A stretch of DNA of 64,000 nucleotides from an uncultured Muribaculaceae bacterium (GCA_964407685.1 CAYOWI010000003.1:1681-65680); one strand, 5' to 3'. Positions 28,760 through 38,419 are shown, numbered from the stretch's first letter. Notes: generated by a model not told the origin, from the sequence alone. Translations and numbers: made by a program.

Positions 28760-29549
28760 TATAAAATCATAATAGATGGAAGTTAAATGGAAGCATATGA
28801 TACTAATAAGATGCAAAGAGTATAATTAATAATAACAAACAATATGAATATAATATAAGTCGAAAAACGAAAATATTCAAACAAACGATAATATCAGAAA
28901 TAAATGATATTTTTAGGTATTATAAAGTCCTGGTTTCTTTTTCAGATATTGAAATATTAATAAATGATACATTTTTTTATATTAAAAATAACCTTGGGGG
29001 TATAAAAAGATAATGATGATAAGCGATGCAATTGGAAAACTTAGGTTCAACACCCAAAATAAAGAACAAATACCGTTCATGGTATTCAAAAAATAAAATA
29101 ATTTAAATAAAGTGATCAATGTAAAGCAAAGTTTCATTTTTTAATAATTTATATATTGACCCTACTACAATATAATAAATATTATCCACAACGAAAAGAA
29201 AACTTATGTTATTGCAAAGTGAAATTAGTAAATTAACCGACGAATATATAAAAATAAGGTGACAATAATCATGAAAAAAACTAATATTAATGTAACTTGC
29301 AAAATCAAAATACAATAAATACTTAAAAAATGTAAAAAATCAATTAGTAAACTAAAAGCAATTACTTTTTTATATAATAAATTTAATATGTGAAGTAACG
29401 CTTAAATTGATATCACAATAACTACCATCAGTAATCTAATACCTTTTGACGTTCAAAACTAGAACAGTTTTAAAAAGAAAAAATGATATTAACGATAATC
29501 TACAACACACCGAAAATTTATCATTATTTAAATAAGGTTTATCCTAAAC

Positions 29550-29586
29550 AAAAAAATAAACTCTTGTAAAACAAGAGTTTTTTTCT
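29550..29586 (-). terminator. Terminator downstream of the tRNA-Ile/tRNA-Glu pair
   Basis: AAACTCTTG/CAAGAGTTT stem (29558-29580) flanked by T/A runs on both sides. Confidence 0.55.
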
Positions 29587-29590
29587 ATTA

Positions 29591-29667
29591 TGGTGACGCG
29601 TATGGGATTTGAACCCATGAATGCCGCCGTGAAAGGGCGGTGTGTTAAACCACTTCACCAACGCGCC
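29591..29667 (-). tRNA. tRNA-Glu (UUC)
   Basis: Hand-folded cloverleaf. Acceptor GGCGCGU/ACGCGUC, anticodon arm CCGCC-CUUUCAC-GGCGG, T-loop GGTTCAAAT, encoded CCA. Confidence 0.9.
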
Positions 29668-29682
29668 AGTTTAAATATAAAA

Positions 29683-29759
<77 letters not shown>

Positions 29760-29933
29760 ATTTCATAATACTGGTAAAACTGACTATTTAATTCTACTAT
29801 ATAAAAATTAAAAATGCAATATATTTTTTAATTTTTTTATAATTTTAGTGCAACTGAAACAAAATATGTGTCGAAATTATTGATTAAACTACTAATTAAA
29901 CGCATCATACACTTTAAAGAAAGGATGGTTATA

Positions 29934-30848
29934 ATGACTACAGACATAATTGGGATTCCTAAAGGTCTTTTATATTATCAGTACGAAACTTTATGGAAAG
30001 AATTTTTTAATAATTTAAATATTAAATATATAACTAGTGGTGAAAGCAATTTTAAAATACTAAACGATGGTAAAAATAAATGCGTCGATGAGGCCTGTCT
30101 TTCTTTAAAAATATTTATTGGCCACGTTGAAGCCTTGAAAGACAAATGTAATTACGTACTTATTCCAAGAATTTATTCAATAGAAAAACATGAACAAGTA
30201 TGTACCAATTTTAATTGCCTATATGATTTAGTCAGAAACTTATACCCTAACTTAAAAATAATTAATTATAACGTTGATGTAAAACATAATGTAACTGAAA
30301 AAAAAGCCTTTTTAAAGTTAGGAAAAAAATTAGGTTTTAATAAGAAAACAGTTTTAAACGCATATGAAAACGCAAAGATAAAAGAACAAAAAAATATTTC
30401 AAGCAAAGAATTATCTGGCAAGAAAAAATTATCTTCAAATAAAAAAAAGATATTATTACTAGGACATCCATACAATTTAAAAGACTCCCTTATTGGTAAA
30501 GTGGTTAGCGAGTATCTTCATAAAAATAACATTGAAATTATTTATAGCTATGAATTACCACAAAAATGCATAAAAGATTATAGCAGTAAAATATCTCCAA
30601 GAGTACATTGGACAATGAACAAAGAATTACTTGCCTCTTTTATGTACTATAAAGAAAAAGTGGATGGCGTAATTTTAATAACATCCTTCCCTTGCGGGCC
30701 AGATTCTCTTACAAATGAAATGATCCTAAGAAAAAAAGGTAAAATCAACGTATTGTTACTTACCTTTGAAGAGCTATCTAGTGACGTTGCAATAATAACT
30801 AGACTTGAAAGTTTTCTAGATATGATAAAAGGAGGTATTAATTCATGA
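29934..30848 (+). CDS. Acyl-CoA dehydratase activase-related protein (DUF2229-like), subunit 1
   Basis: IGIPKGLLYYQYETLWKEFF and the PCGPDS motif are typical of the uncharacterised partner domain of BcrAD/BadFG activases. SD precedes ATG 29934. Confidence 0.65.
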   Translation: MTTDIIGIPKGLLYYQYETLWKEFFNNLNIKYITSGESNFKILNDGKNKCVDEACLSLKIFIGHVEALKDKCNYVLIPRIYSIEKHEQVCTNFNCLYDLVRNLYPNLKIINYNVDVKHNVTEKKAFLKLGKKLGFNKKTVLNAYENAKIKEQKNISSKELSGKKKLSSNKKKILLLGHPYNLKDSLIGKVVSEYLHKNNIEIIYSYELPQKCIKDYSSKISPRVHWTMNKELLASFMYYKEKVDGVILITSFPCGPDSLTNEMILRKKGKINVLLLTFEELSSDVAIITRLESFLDMIKGGINS

Positions 30849-31915
30849 AGCAAATAATAAGTTTTCCACACCTAGGTGATTACTATCATCCAATTAGCAA
30901 ACTTGTAAAAAATCTAACTAATTTAGAAGTATTACAAGCACCACCAATAACTAAAAAAACCATTTTTTTAGGAAGTAAACACAGTCCAGATTCCGTGTGC
31001 GTTCCGTTTAAATATAACTTAGGAAATTTTATTGAAGCTTTAGATAACGGAGCAAATATATTATTACAAGCAGGTGGTGGATGTAGGTACCGTTATTATG
31101 CGGAAGTTCAAGAAACAATATTAAAAGATTTAGGATACGATTTTAAGTTTATACAAATAATCGGAAAGGATCATTTTAGATTAAAAGAATTATTCACAAT
31201 ATTTAAAAGTCTAAATCCTAATCTCTTAAAAAGAAAATTTTTCCATGAACTATTAATGGCGTTTTTTTACATAAAATACCTAGATAACATAGATAGTATA
31301 ATAAGAAGCAGAATTGGATTTGAAAAAAAAGAGGGATCTTTTGCTAAATTGAAAGAAGAATTTCTTAATTGTTGTGATAAAACAAATAGTATCTTTAAAT
31401 TGAAGATTATGTACGTAAAATATAAACATAAATTTAAGAAGGTCCCTATTAGTAAACCAAAAGATAGGATAAAAGTAGGTATCATCGGAGAATTGTATAC
31501 CGCGATGGAGCCTTTTTCAACTTATGAACTCGAAAAAATGCTAGCTAAATATCATATTGAAGTTAAAAAGTTTACTAATCTTACTTATTTACTATGGAAA
31601 AAAGCCTTATTACTTCCCTATCTTAAATGGAAAAGTAAAAAATACTGTAAATATACTTTAGGAGCTGATGGACTTGACAATGTATATCGAGTTCTATGGC
31701 TAAAAAAACATCATTACGATGGAATAATACATACTAAACCTACTGGTTGTACACCAGAAATTGGCGCAATGCCAATTATTATGAAGGCTGCCTCGGATAA
31801 CAAAATTCCAATTATTTTCTTATCGTTTGATGAACAAACAAGTAATGAAGGTCTAAAAACTAGAATTGAGGCTTTTTATGATCTTATAAAAGCCAGAAAG
31901 GAAAAGAAGAAATGA
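30845..31915 (+). CDS. Activase-related protein (DUF2229-like), subunit 2
   Basis: Translationally coupled by a 4-nt overlap. Motifs SPDSVCVPFK and GCTPEIGAMP parallel subunit 1. Confidence 0.65.
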   Translation: MKQIISFPHLGDYYHPISKLVKNLTNLEVLQAPPITKKTIFLGSKHSPDSVCVPFKYNLGNFIEALDNGANILLQAGGGCRYRYYAEVQETILKDLGYDFKFIQIIGKDHFRLKELFTIFKSLNPNLLKRKFFHELLMAFFYIKYLDNIDSIIRSRIGFEKKEGSFAKLKEEFLNCCDKTNSIFKLKIMYVKYKHKFKKVPISKPKDRIKVGIIGELYTAMEPFSTYELEKMLAKYHIEVKKFTNLTYLLWKKALLLPYLKWKSKKYCKYTLGADGLDNVYRVLWLKKHHYDGIIHTKPTGCTPEIGAMPIIMKAASDNKIPIIFLSFDEQTSNEGLKTRIEAFYDLIKARKEKKK

Positions 31916-32862
31916 ACGGATATTTAGGCATAGACATAGGATCAATATCCACTAAAGGAGTTATAATTGATGAAGAAAAAAATATGATAGCAAGTACGTA
32001 TCTTTGGACAGAAGGTAATCCTCTCGAAGCAGTTAAAAAGGTTTTAAATGATTTAAAAAAACAAATAAGTGGTAAAAACATCAATGTTATGGGGGTTGGA
32101 ACGACTGGTTCGGCCAGAAAATTAATAGGAATCATGATTGGAGCTACCAGCATAAAAAATGAAATAACCGCGCATGCCATAGGAACCTTATCACTGCATC
32201 CTTCAGTTAAAACAATAATAGAAATTGGAGGTCAGGACTCTAAAATAATATTATTGGAAGATGGTATCGTTACCGATTATGCCATGAATACCTTATGCGC
32301 CGCGGGTACTGGGAGTTTTCTTACAAGCCAATCGAAAAGATTAGGAGTTGACGTAGAAGAGTTTGGAAAAATTGCTCTGCAAAGTAAACGTCCAACAAAC
32401 ATAGCAGCAAGGTGTACCGTATTTGCCGAAAGCGACTTGGTTCATAAAATACAAATGGGTTATCAAAGGGAGGATATTATAGCAGGGCTATGTAATAGTG
32501 TTGCATCAAATTATCTAAATAATGTTGCTAAGGGTAAAAAAATAAAAGAACCAATCATTTTTCAAGGTGGCGTAAGTAAAAATGTAGGAGTTAAAAAAGC
32601 TTTTGAAAAAATACTCAAATCACAAATAATAACTGACGAAAACGGTCACCTTATGGGAGCATTTGGGAGTGCCATTTTATCTATGAATAAAAAACTTGAA
32701 AAACCATTTAATTTTGAAGTTTCCAATAGTAATTTTGAAACAAAAGGAATAGAATGTAATGGTTGTCCTAATCATTGTGAGATAATTGTCGTTAAAAAAG
32801 ATGGAAAAAAGTTAGATTCTTGGGGTAATAGATGTGAAAAAGGAAAAGTGACAACAAAATAA
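31912..32862 (+). CDS. BcrAD/BadFG-family (HgdC-like) ASKHA ATPase activase with a C-terminal Cys cluster
   Basis: Motifs GIDIGSISTKGV, GVGTTGSA, EIGGQDSK, CAAGTGSF; C-terminus CNGCPNHC...C. Confidence 0.85.
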   Translation: MNGYLGIDIGSISTKGVIIDEEKNMIASTYLWTEGNPLEAVKKVLNDLKKQISGKNINVMGVGTTGSARKLIGIMIGATSIKNEITAHAIGTLSLHPSVKTIIEIGGQDSKIILLEDGIVTDYAMNTLCAAGTGSFLTSQSKRLGVDVEEFGKIALQSKRPTNIAARCTVFAESDLVHKIQMGYQREDIIAGLCNSVASNYLNNVAKGKKIKEPIIFQGGVSKNVGVKKAFEKILKSQIITDENGHLMGAFGSAILSMNKKLEKPFNFEVSNSNFETKGIECNGCPNHCEIIVVKKDGKKLDSWGNRCEKGKVTTK

Positions 32863-32880
32863 TCATGTTGCCACTTTTTA

Positions 32881-33548
32881 TTAAATAATAAACTCGTTAT
32901 AATTAGTAACTTTACCATTTATCATAAACATATATTCTCTATTTAAATATTGGGCTGCTTTCTTTGGAATTAACACGGCTTTATTCCAATTTTTAAGAAT
33001 GTGTTTATCAAAATCTTCATTGGTTAAATAATTTACAATCAAATAATTATTATTTATTTTAATATCTACCCTTTTAATTTTTTGAATTTCCTTGTTCATT
33101 TTATCCTGAATACTAGAATCTTTTGTTCTATGAAATGTTACGTCTAATTTATCCGCAAGTACTAATGATAAACCTATTAGTGTTTGTATGTTATCACCAT
33201 TAGAATGATCCTTAATTGCTTGCTCTAATATAATTAATTCATCTTTTTTAAAATCAGCTGGATTAAGGTACTTTTTAAAAATCCTGCTACTTTCTAAGGC
33301 ATGATCTACTTTATTTCCTTTACATAATCCTATGTCATGAAGTAAAGCTGCTACCATTCCAAGCTCAATCGTTCTTTTATCAACACCAAGTTGTGATAAA
33401 ATAATTTGTACATAATTAGCAACCCTTTTATAATGGCCTAATCCGTGCTCCCAATCCCATTTGCCATCATAATAAATTTTATATTTTCTATTTTTTTAAC
33501 AATGGTCAAATAGTTTTCATTATTTAACAAGTTTTCATATATGTTCAT
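32881..33548 (-). pseudogene. HD-domain phosphohydrolase, frameshifted at an A7 run
   Basis: ATG 33548 opens MNIYENLLNNENYLTIVKK, then the frame stops. The rest (..YYDGKWDWEHGLGHYKRVANY...AALLHDIGL...) is in another frame and joins track ORF 32881..33357. One extra A in the A7 run (T7 on the plus strand, 33491-33497) restores a single ORF. Confidence 0.75.
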
Positions 33549-33571
33549 AACTATACCTCTTATGTAATTTA

Positions 33572-33595
33572 AAACCGAGCTTTTAGGCTCGGTTT
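33572..33595 (-). terminator. Hairpin downstream of tRNA-Ala
   Basis: AAACCGAGC-ttttag-GCTCGGTTT, a perfect 9-bp stem. Confidence 0.45.
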
Positions 33596-33604
33596 ATTTA
33601 CAAA

Positions 33605-33681
33605 TGGTGGAGCTTAAGGGATTCGAACCCTTGACCTCCTCGGTGCAAGCGAGGCGCTCTAGCCAGCTGAGCTAAAGCCCC
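33605..33681 (-). tRNA. tRNA-Ala (UGC)
   Basis: GGGGCTTTAGCTCAGCTGG... with the G3:U70 identity pair; anticodon arm CCUCG-CUUGCAC-CGAGG; encoded CCA. Confidence 0.9.
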
Positions 33682-33768
33682 ACAAAATATGCATTTAATT
33701 AATGCATATTAATAATATCAAAAAGATTAATAAAAATCAATACCTAAATTAATTTTTTTTATTGTTAA

Positions 33769-34083
33769 TTATAATTGCTGAAATTCTTGCTCTATCATGT
33801 TTAGTTTTTGAGTGATTTTATTTTGATCTGATTGTTCTAAGCAATACCAACCTTTCTTAAACATTAAATTATATATTTCTCTTTGAAGATCACTCACATC
33901 ATTAAACATGTCACAATAATCTTCATATAAATCATTATTACTAGCTTCCGTTAAAGCTACCGCATAATCCTTTACCATTGCCTTTTCAATAGTAAGTACA
34001 GTTGTAATGTAATCTTTGTCATTCATTTCTTTAGTTTCTGGAACTTCTGTTTTTGGGTTGCTTATCTTATTATTCACTTTCAT
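33769..34083 (-). CDS. CotF-family spore coat protein
   Basis: 104 aa; the Coat_F-like sequence DKDYITTVLTIEKAMVKDYAVALTEASNNDLY... Confidence 0.7.
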   Translation of the reverse strand: MKVNNKISNPKTEVPETKEMNDKDYITTVLTIEKAMVKDYAVALTEASNNDLYEDYCDMFNDVSDLQREIYNLMFKKGWYCLEQSDQNKITQKLNMIEQEFQQL

Positions 34084-34088
34084 TCTCC

Positions 34089-34295
34089 TTATCCTAAAAT
34101 ATTTAATACTGCCCTGCAGTGTTCTTTATGAACCTCTGCTACTTTTATTAACAATTGCTTTATTTCTTCATCTTCTACTTCATTTACAAAATGATTGCAT
34201 AGTTTACAAGCGTTAAAGTTCCAATTATAAATATCACTTAAATAATCTAAATCCTTTCCTGAAATCATACTTGGAACACTTTCATAATTTTGCAT
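34089..34295 (-). CDS. Small protein co-transcribed with cotF-like gene (68 aa)
   Basis: The ORF ends 5 nt upstream of the CotF-like gene; no motif recognised. Confidence 0.4.
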   Translation of the reverse strand: MQNYESVPSMISGKDLDYLSDIYNWNFNACKLCNHFVNEVEDEEIKQLLIKVAEVHKEHCRAVLNILG

Positions 34296-34374
34296 ATTTT
34301 TTCCTCCTTCACTTTTATTATGTGAATAATAATTATTTTATAAACAACAAAAAGAGCATTTTTAGCCCTTCTTG

Positions 34375-34722
34375 TTATAAACAATTAACCGCACTTTCAA
34401 TTAAGATTTCCAATTCCGTATCACTAACGTTTATCTTCTTTTCTTTCATCCATTCCAACGACTTTTCTAGAGCCTTGTTCTTTTTTTCAGCACAACTTAA
34501 ATCTTTACCTACTTGTTCAACATATTTAACCGTTTTTTCAACTATATCTCTTTTAACTTTATCCTGAATAAAGTCCTGATATAAGTTTTTAATCCTTATT
34601 CCTAAATACCCAATAACACCGGTAATTACTGTACTTACAATTTGAATAAGATTATCAGAAATTAAACCAATAATATCACTCAAGCCAAACTCCCCCAAAT
34701 TTAAATAAAGATGCATCTTCAT
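34375..34722 (-). CDS. Phage holin, LL-H-like family (single N-terminal TM)
   Basis: TM VSTVITGVIGYLGI followed by a charged helical tail (VKYVEQVGKDLSCAEKKNKALE), as in LL-H holins. Isolated gene beside tRNAs. Confidence 0.5.
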   Translation of the reverse strand: MKMHLYLNLGEFGLSDIIGLISDNLIQIVSTVITGVIGYLGIRIKNLYQDFIQDKVKRDIVEKTVKYVEQVGKDLSCAEKKNKALEKSLEWMKEKKINVSDTELEILIESAVNCL

Positions 34723-34796
34723 TATTATTTTATTCTAAACAAAAAACAAGGCCATTACTTATGTCCATTGTTTTTACTTTTTATGTTTTATAATTA

Positions 34797-34873
<77 letters not shown>

Positions 34874-34878
34874 ATAAA

Positions 34879-34925
34879 TGGCGCTCACGATGAGAGTTGA
34901 ACTCATGACCTTTACCTTCGGAGAA
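34879..34925 (-). other. 3' fragment of a tRNA-Arg(CCG)-like gene: candidate att junction of the ICE
   Basis: The minus strand reads CUCCGAA (anticodon loop)-GGUAA-AGGUC-AUGAG-UUCAACU-CUCAU-CGUGAGC-G-CCA. No matching 5' half (anticodon-stem 5' strand, D-arm, acceptor 5' strand) follows. The integrase gene starts its 3' end 240 nt away. Confidence 0.6.
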
Positions 34926-35166
34926 CTTCGGAAAACAATTGTCATAATTTCAAACTCTCTTTGTTTTTTCTAAAAGCCTTATTTTATTTATAAAAAAGGC
35001 TTCTTTTTTTTACTTATTTTTTTAAACTTTTGGAGTTTTTGAAACCTTTTTTCTAAATATCGCGACAAATTCGCGAATTTAAATTTAAAATTTCTATCCT
35101 AATACTTAGAAGCCTTTTTATAATTAAATTATAACATAACTCTTCCTCTTAATACAATTGCAAACA

Positions 35167-36936
35167 TCATTTTATAGAGCATAATATAAATTCAGAACCA
35201 TACATTTCTTCTTGTTCCTCTAACCAATCAAATACATTATCTAAACTAACATTTGATATATTTATACTCTTAAATATCGGATATCTATTATCAATATAAT
35301 CCTTTATTAAAGAATATTTATAATCATTCTTATCATCTGAATTAACAGCAAAATTTAGCAATTCATTTATTTCATTAGTAGATGTAAATTTGACTCTTGT
35401 ATATAATGAAAGCATTTGATTAAATCCTACTTTTTGTTCTCTATTCGTATTATAGTATTTATCAAAAATCGACACTGCATCCTCTTTTTTATCCTTATTA
35501 GAATGAGTATAATGAAATGTTGTAGTTAACTGAGAGTGTCCCATTAGGCGTTTAACATCAGCAGGGGCTAAGTTAGGATTTTCATTCATTTGAATTGTAC
35601 AATAACTATGTCTCAACCCATGTAGAGAAACATTTTTTATATATGGATATTTTTTTCTGAAATCTAACCATTTACTACTAGGTGTATCAGGAAACATAAT
35701 ACCTCCAGTTTTACTTAAAAATAAATTTTTTGGAGGTATATAACCTTTAATTTTTCTTTTAAATCTAGTTATTATTCTTAAACGTAGTTTTAAATATTCC
35801 TTAATAACTTCTGTACAGAAAATTGGAATAGGAATATCACGGACACTGCCTTTTGTTTTAGTTTCCTTCTCTATTACTTTACGTTTTTTTTCGTCCCATA
35901 CAACTGCCCTTCTAATACTAATAACATTATTATTAAAATCTATATCATCAGTATGAAGTCCGATTAATTCTCCTCGTCTTACACCAGTGCATATCGCAAT
36001 AGTAAACAAAGTTTCAGTTAAAATATCTTCAGTTTTTAATAGTTCTAATACTTCTAATAATTCCTCCCTATTATAAGATAATTTTTCTTCTTTAGATACA
36101 CCTGGTGCTTTAACCTTTAAAACTGGATTCTTTTCTATATAGTCCCATTCTTGTGCTTTATTTAATATCTTTCTCAACAAACAATAAATATTATTTATTG
36201 TTGATAATGATAACTTAACTTTATTACCATTTTTATCTGGTCTTAAACTATATTTTTCTTTAAGTGAATTAACTATTCTTTGAACTGTTAATACGCTTAT
36301 TTTATCTAAATATACATTTGCAAGTTCAGGAAGTATATAATTTTTCAAATCTACTTTTCCACTCCTTACTGTTGTAGGGCTAAGTTCCTTTTCTGCATAT
36401 TCTTTATAATAAATTCTTGCAAAATCAATAAACTTAATATTCCTACTATTATTTTTCTTTAACTTTAATTCTGCTAATTTTTTATCTCTTTCCTTTCTTG
36501 ATTGTGCTAATGTTCCCTCAAATACTGCAGAATAATAATCTCCTTTTTTTCCATTAGAGCCTCCTTTTCTAATGAATATTCTATATTTCTTTCCTTTTTC
36601 AATTTCATATATATATTTATCAACTTTTTTTGTATTTGTTATAGTTGTTTTATTATTTGGCTTCTTTGGTTTGTTATTTACTTTCTTAGATTTATCTTTA
36701 TTATAATCTTCCAAAATACAAGTAATTTCACTCTTTTTTTCTAAAAATAAACCATTTTCCTCTAACTTCTTATCTCTTAAAAATATAGCATCTTCAAGTG
36801 ATCCATCTATATATTGATCAAAGTTAATTCTTTTATTGTTTTTTTTATCAACTTTTAAAAATTTAACTCTATATTTATCTTCAGATACATAATAAATATA
36901 TTTTTCTACTCTTTCTTGCATAATTTCTCCGTTCAA
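35167..36936 (-). CDS. int: Tyrosine recombinase/integrase (589 aa, extended N-terminus)
   Basis: Catalytic-domain signatures TGVRRGEL (Arg), HGLRHSYCT, GHSQLTTTFHYTH (His/Tyr). Confidence 0.9.
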   Translation of the reverse strand: MNGEIMQERVEKYIYYVSEDKYRVKFLKVDKKNNKRINFDQYIDGSLEDAIFLRDKKLEENGLFLEKKSEITCILEDYNKDKSKKVNNKPKKPNNKTTITNTKKVDKYIYEIEKGKKYRIFIRKGGSNGKKGDYYSAVFEGTLAQSRKERDKKLAELKLKKNNSRNIKFIDFARIYYKEYAEKELSPTTVRSGKVDLKNYILPELANVYLDKISVLTVQRIVNSLKEKYSLRPDKNGNKVKLSLSTINNIYCLLRKILNKAQEWDYIEKNPVLKVKAPGVSKEEKLSYNREELLEVLELLKTEDILTETLFTIAICTGVRRGELIGLHTDDIDFNNNVISIRRAVVWDEKKRKVIEKETKTKGSVRDIPIPIFCTEVIKEYLKLRLRIITRFKRKIKGYIPPKNLFLSKTGGIMFPDTPSSKWLDFRKKYPYIKNVSLHGLRHSYCTIQMNENPNLAPADVKRLMGHSQLTTTFHYTHSNKDKKEDAVSIFDKYYNTNREQKVGFNQMLSLYTRVKFTSTNEINELLNFAVNSDDKNDYKYSLIKDYIDNRYPIFKSINISNVSLDNVFDWLEEQEEMYGSEFILCSIK

Positions 36937-37256
36937 ATATTGTATTTAATTCTTTCATTTTTTGTCTTAGTTTCTTTATCTAACCATTTATCAATTTCTT
37001 CTTTATTAAACATTCTTCTATTTCCAATAAAAAAGTAAGGTAAGTTATCTTTTTCTATTGCTTTATTTATGTTATATCTAGTAAAAAAAGGATATTTCTC
37101 TATCAGTTCATCTATTGTATAAAGAATTTTATGGTTTTCGTTATTGATTTTTTTTCTATCTTCTTTTTCATCTTCAGAGCGATCAATAAGTATTAAAACT
37201 AATTCTTTTAACGTCATATTCTTTAAAGTTCTATAAAGATCATTCTCCCTTGTCAT
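36933..37256 (-). CDS. xis: Excisionase-type HTH DNA-binding protein
   Basis: YTIDELIEKYPFFTRYNINKAIEKDNLPYFFIGNRRMFNKEEIDKWL (MerR/HTH_17 excisionase pattern). A 4-nt overlap with int. Confidence 0.75.
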   Translation of the reverse strand: MTRENDLYRTLKNMTLKELVLILIDRSEDEKEDRKKINNENHKILYTIDELIEKYPFFTRYNINKAIEKDNLPYFFIGNRRMFNKEEIDKWLDKETKTKNERIKYNI

Positions 37257-37873
37257 CCAAAAAAATCATCCTTTCTATTTATTTTTAATTCATATTCACA
37301 TATTCTATTTTTTAGATTTATTGGTCTACTATTACTTTCCAAAATATCTTTTTTGGTTTTTGAAAAATCTGAACACCAATATATTGCATCAAGCTCATTA
37401 TTAAATGTTTCTGATTCAACTTTATTTCTATACTGTCTTACTGATTTGTATTTATTTTTAAAATGGCAATAATAATTATTAAAAAAGATTCTATTGATAT
37501 TTTTCGATTCATCATAAATTTTCAAAAAATCCCCAATTGAAACTTTAAAAACAATCGGAAATATCCCATCATCAAATATTTTTATTACATTTGTATCTAT
37601 ACTAAAAAAGTCATAATTTTTTTTGTAACATTCCATTATATTTTTAGAATAGATATTTCCACATTTAGGTTTTAAAATAAAACTCATTTCATCATTCGTT
37701 CTTATCAAGTACCAAACTTCATTAAAATCATTATCTATAATTTCATATATTTTTCTTATTACATTAGATTTGTGTAACTCCTTAAGTTCCTTCTCCCATA
37801 TAGTAGGAACTTTACTTATTCCAAAATAATAACTCCACATTACTTCAATTTCTCTTTTTTCCATCTTTATCAC
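37253..37873 (-). CDS. Hypothetical protein (206 aa)
   Basis: ORF coupled to xis by a 4-nt overlap; no motif recognised. Confidence 0.5.
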   Translation of the reverse strand: MIKMEKREIEVMWSYYFGISKVPTIWEKELKELHKSNVIRKIYEIIDNDFNEVWYLIRTNDEMSFILKPKCGNIYSKNIMECYKKNYDFFSIDTNVIKIFDDGIFPIVFKVSIGDFLKIYDESKNINRIFFNNYYCHFKNKYKSVRQYRNKVESETFNNELDAIYWCSDFSKTKKDILESNSRPINLKNRICEYELKINRKDDFFG

Positions 37874-37982
37874 TCCTAATTTTCAAAGTAAGTAATGCAA
37901 TTTATATTTTTATTAAAAAAGGAATCGCATTACAGAAACATAATACTAATTCCATTTCTTTTTTACGAATGTGTAAAATCGT

Positions 37983-38198
37983 TTATTTACCAATTTTTAT
38001 AGATTTGACTTTTTTTATTTTTTTAGCTTTATATTTAAATTCATAAGAACCATCAAAAATGAAGTTTATATCTTTATTACTATTACTATAATTTTTTAGT
38101 AAAGATTTAACTTTTTTTAATGCGTCTTTTTTGCAAGATGCATTTACCATCATATTTGTACTTTGAATAAATTTAACGTTCACTAAATAATTCTTCAT
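37983..38198 (-). CDS. Small hypothetical protein (71 aa), tandem paralog B
   Basis: MKNYLVNVKF...; shares its N-terminal pattern and length with the upstream gene; 4-nt overlap. Confidence 0.45.
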   Translation of the reverse strand: MKNYLVNVKFIQSTNMMVNASCKKDALKKVKSLLKNYSNSNKDINFIFDGSYEFKYKAKKIKKVKSIKIGK

Positions 38199-38419
38199 GC
38201 ACTCACCTTAATAAACTGAATAGATAAATTTTCTTTTTTCTTTGATCTTAGTTCTTCCTTTTGAAGTCTGTATTTTATATTATTACTATTATTAATATTT
38301 AAAATAACATTATTTTCGATCATGTCTTTTACCATGTTAATGGCTGATAGCTCATCATTAGCTATTACTTTAAAATTAATATTCTTACATAATCTAACTT
38401 TTATATTAAAATTTTTCAT
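38195..38419 (-). CDS. Small hypothetical protein (74 aa), tandem paralog A
   Basis: MKNFNIKVRL...INFKVIANDELSAINMVKDMI; the pattern is similar to paralog B. Confidence 0.45.
   Translation of the reverse strand: MKNFNIKVRLCKNINFKVIANDELSAINMVKDMIENNVILNINNSNNIKYRLQKEELRSKKKENLSIQFIKVSA

Noticed and set aside
29103-29315. 70-aa ORF in the AT-rich spacer
   Set aside because: No SD and a low-complexity sequence. It is surrounded by stop-dense DNA and is probably non-coding.
34879-34960. Possible complete fifth tRNA next to tRNA-Pro
   Set aside because: Only the anticodon loop through CCA can be folded. The upstream sequence (..UUUUCCGAAGUU) cannot form the anticodon-stem 5' strand, the D-arm or the acceptor 5' strand. 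It was therefore called a fragment and att site rather than a tRNA gene.
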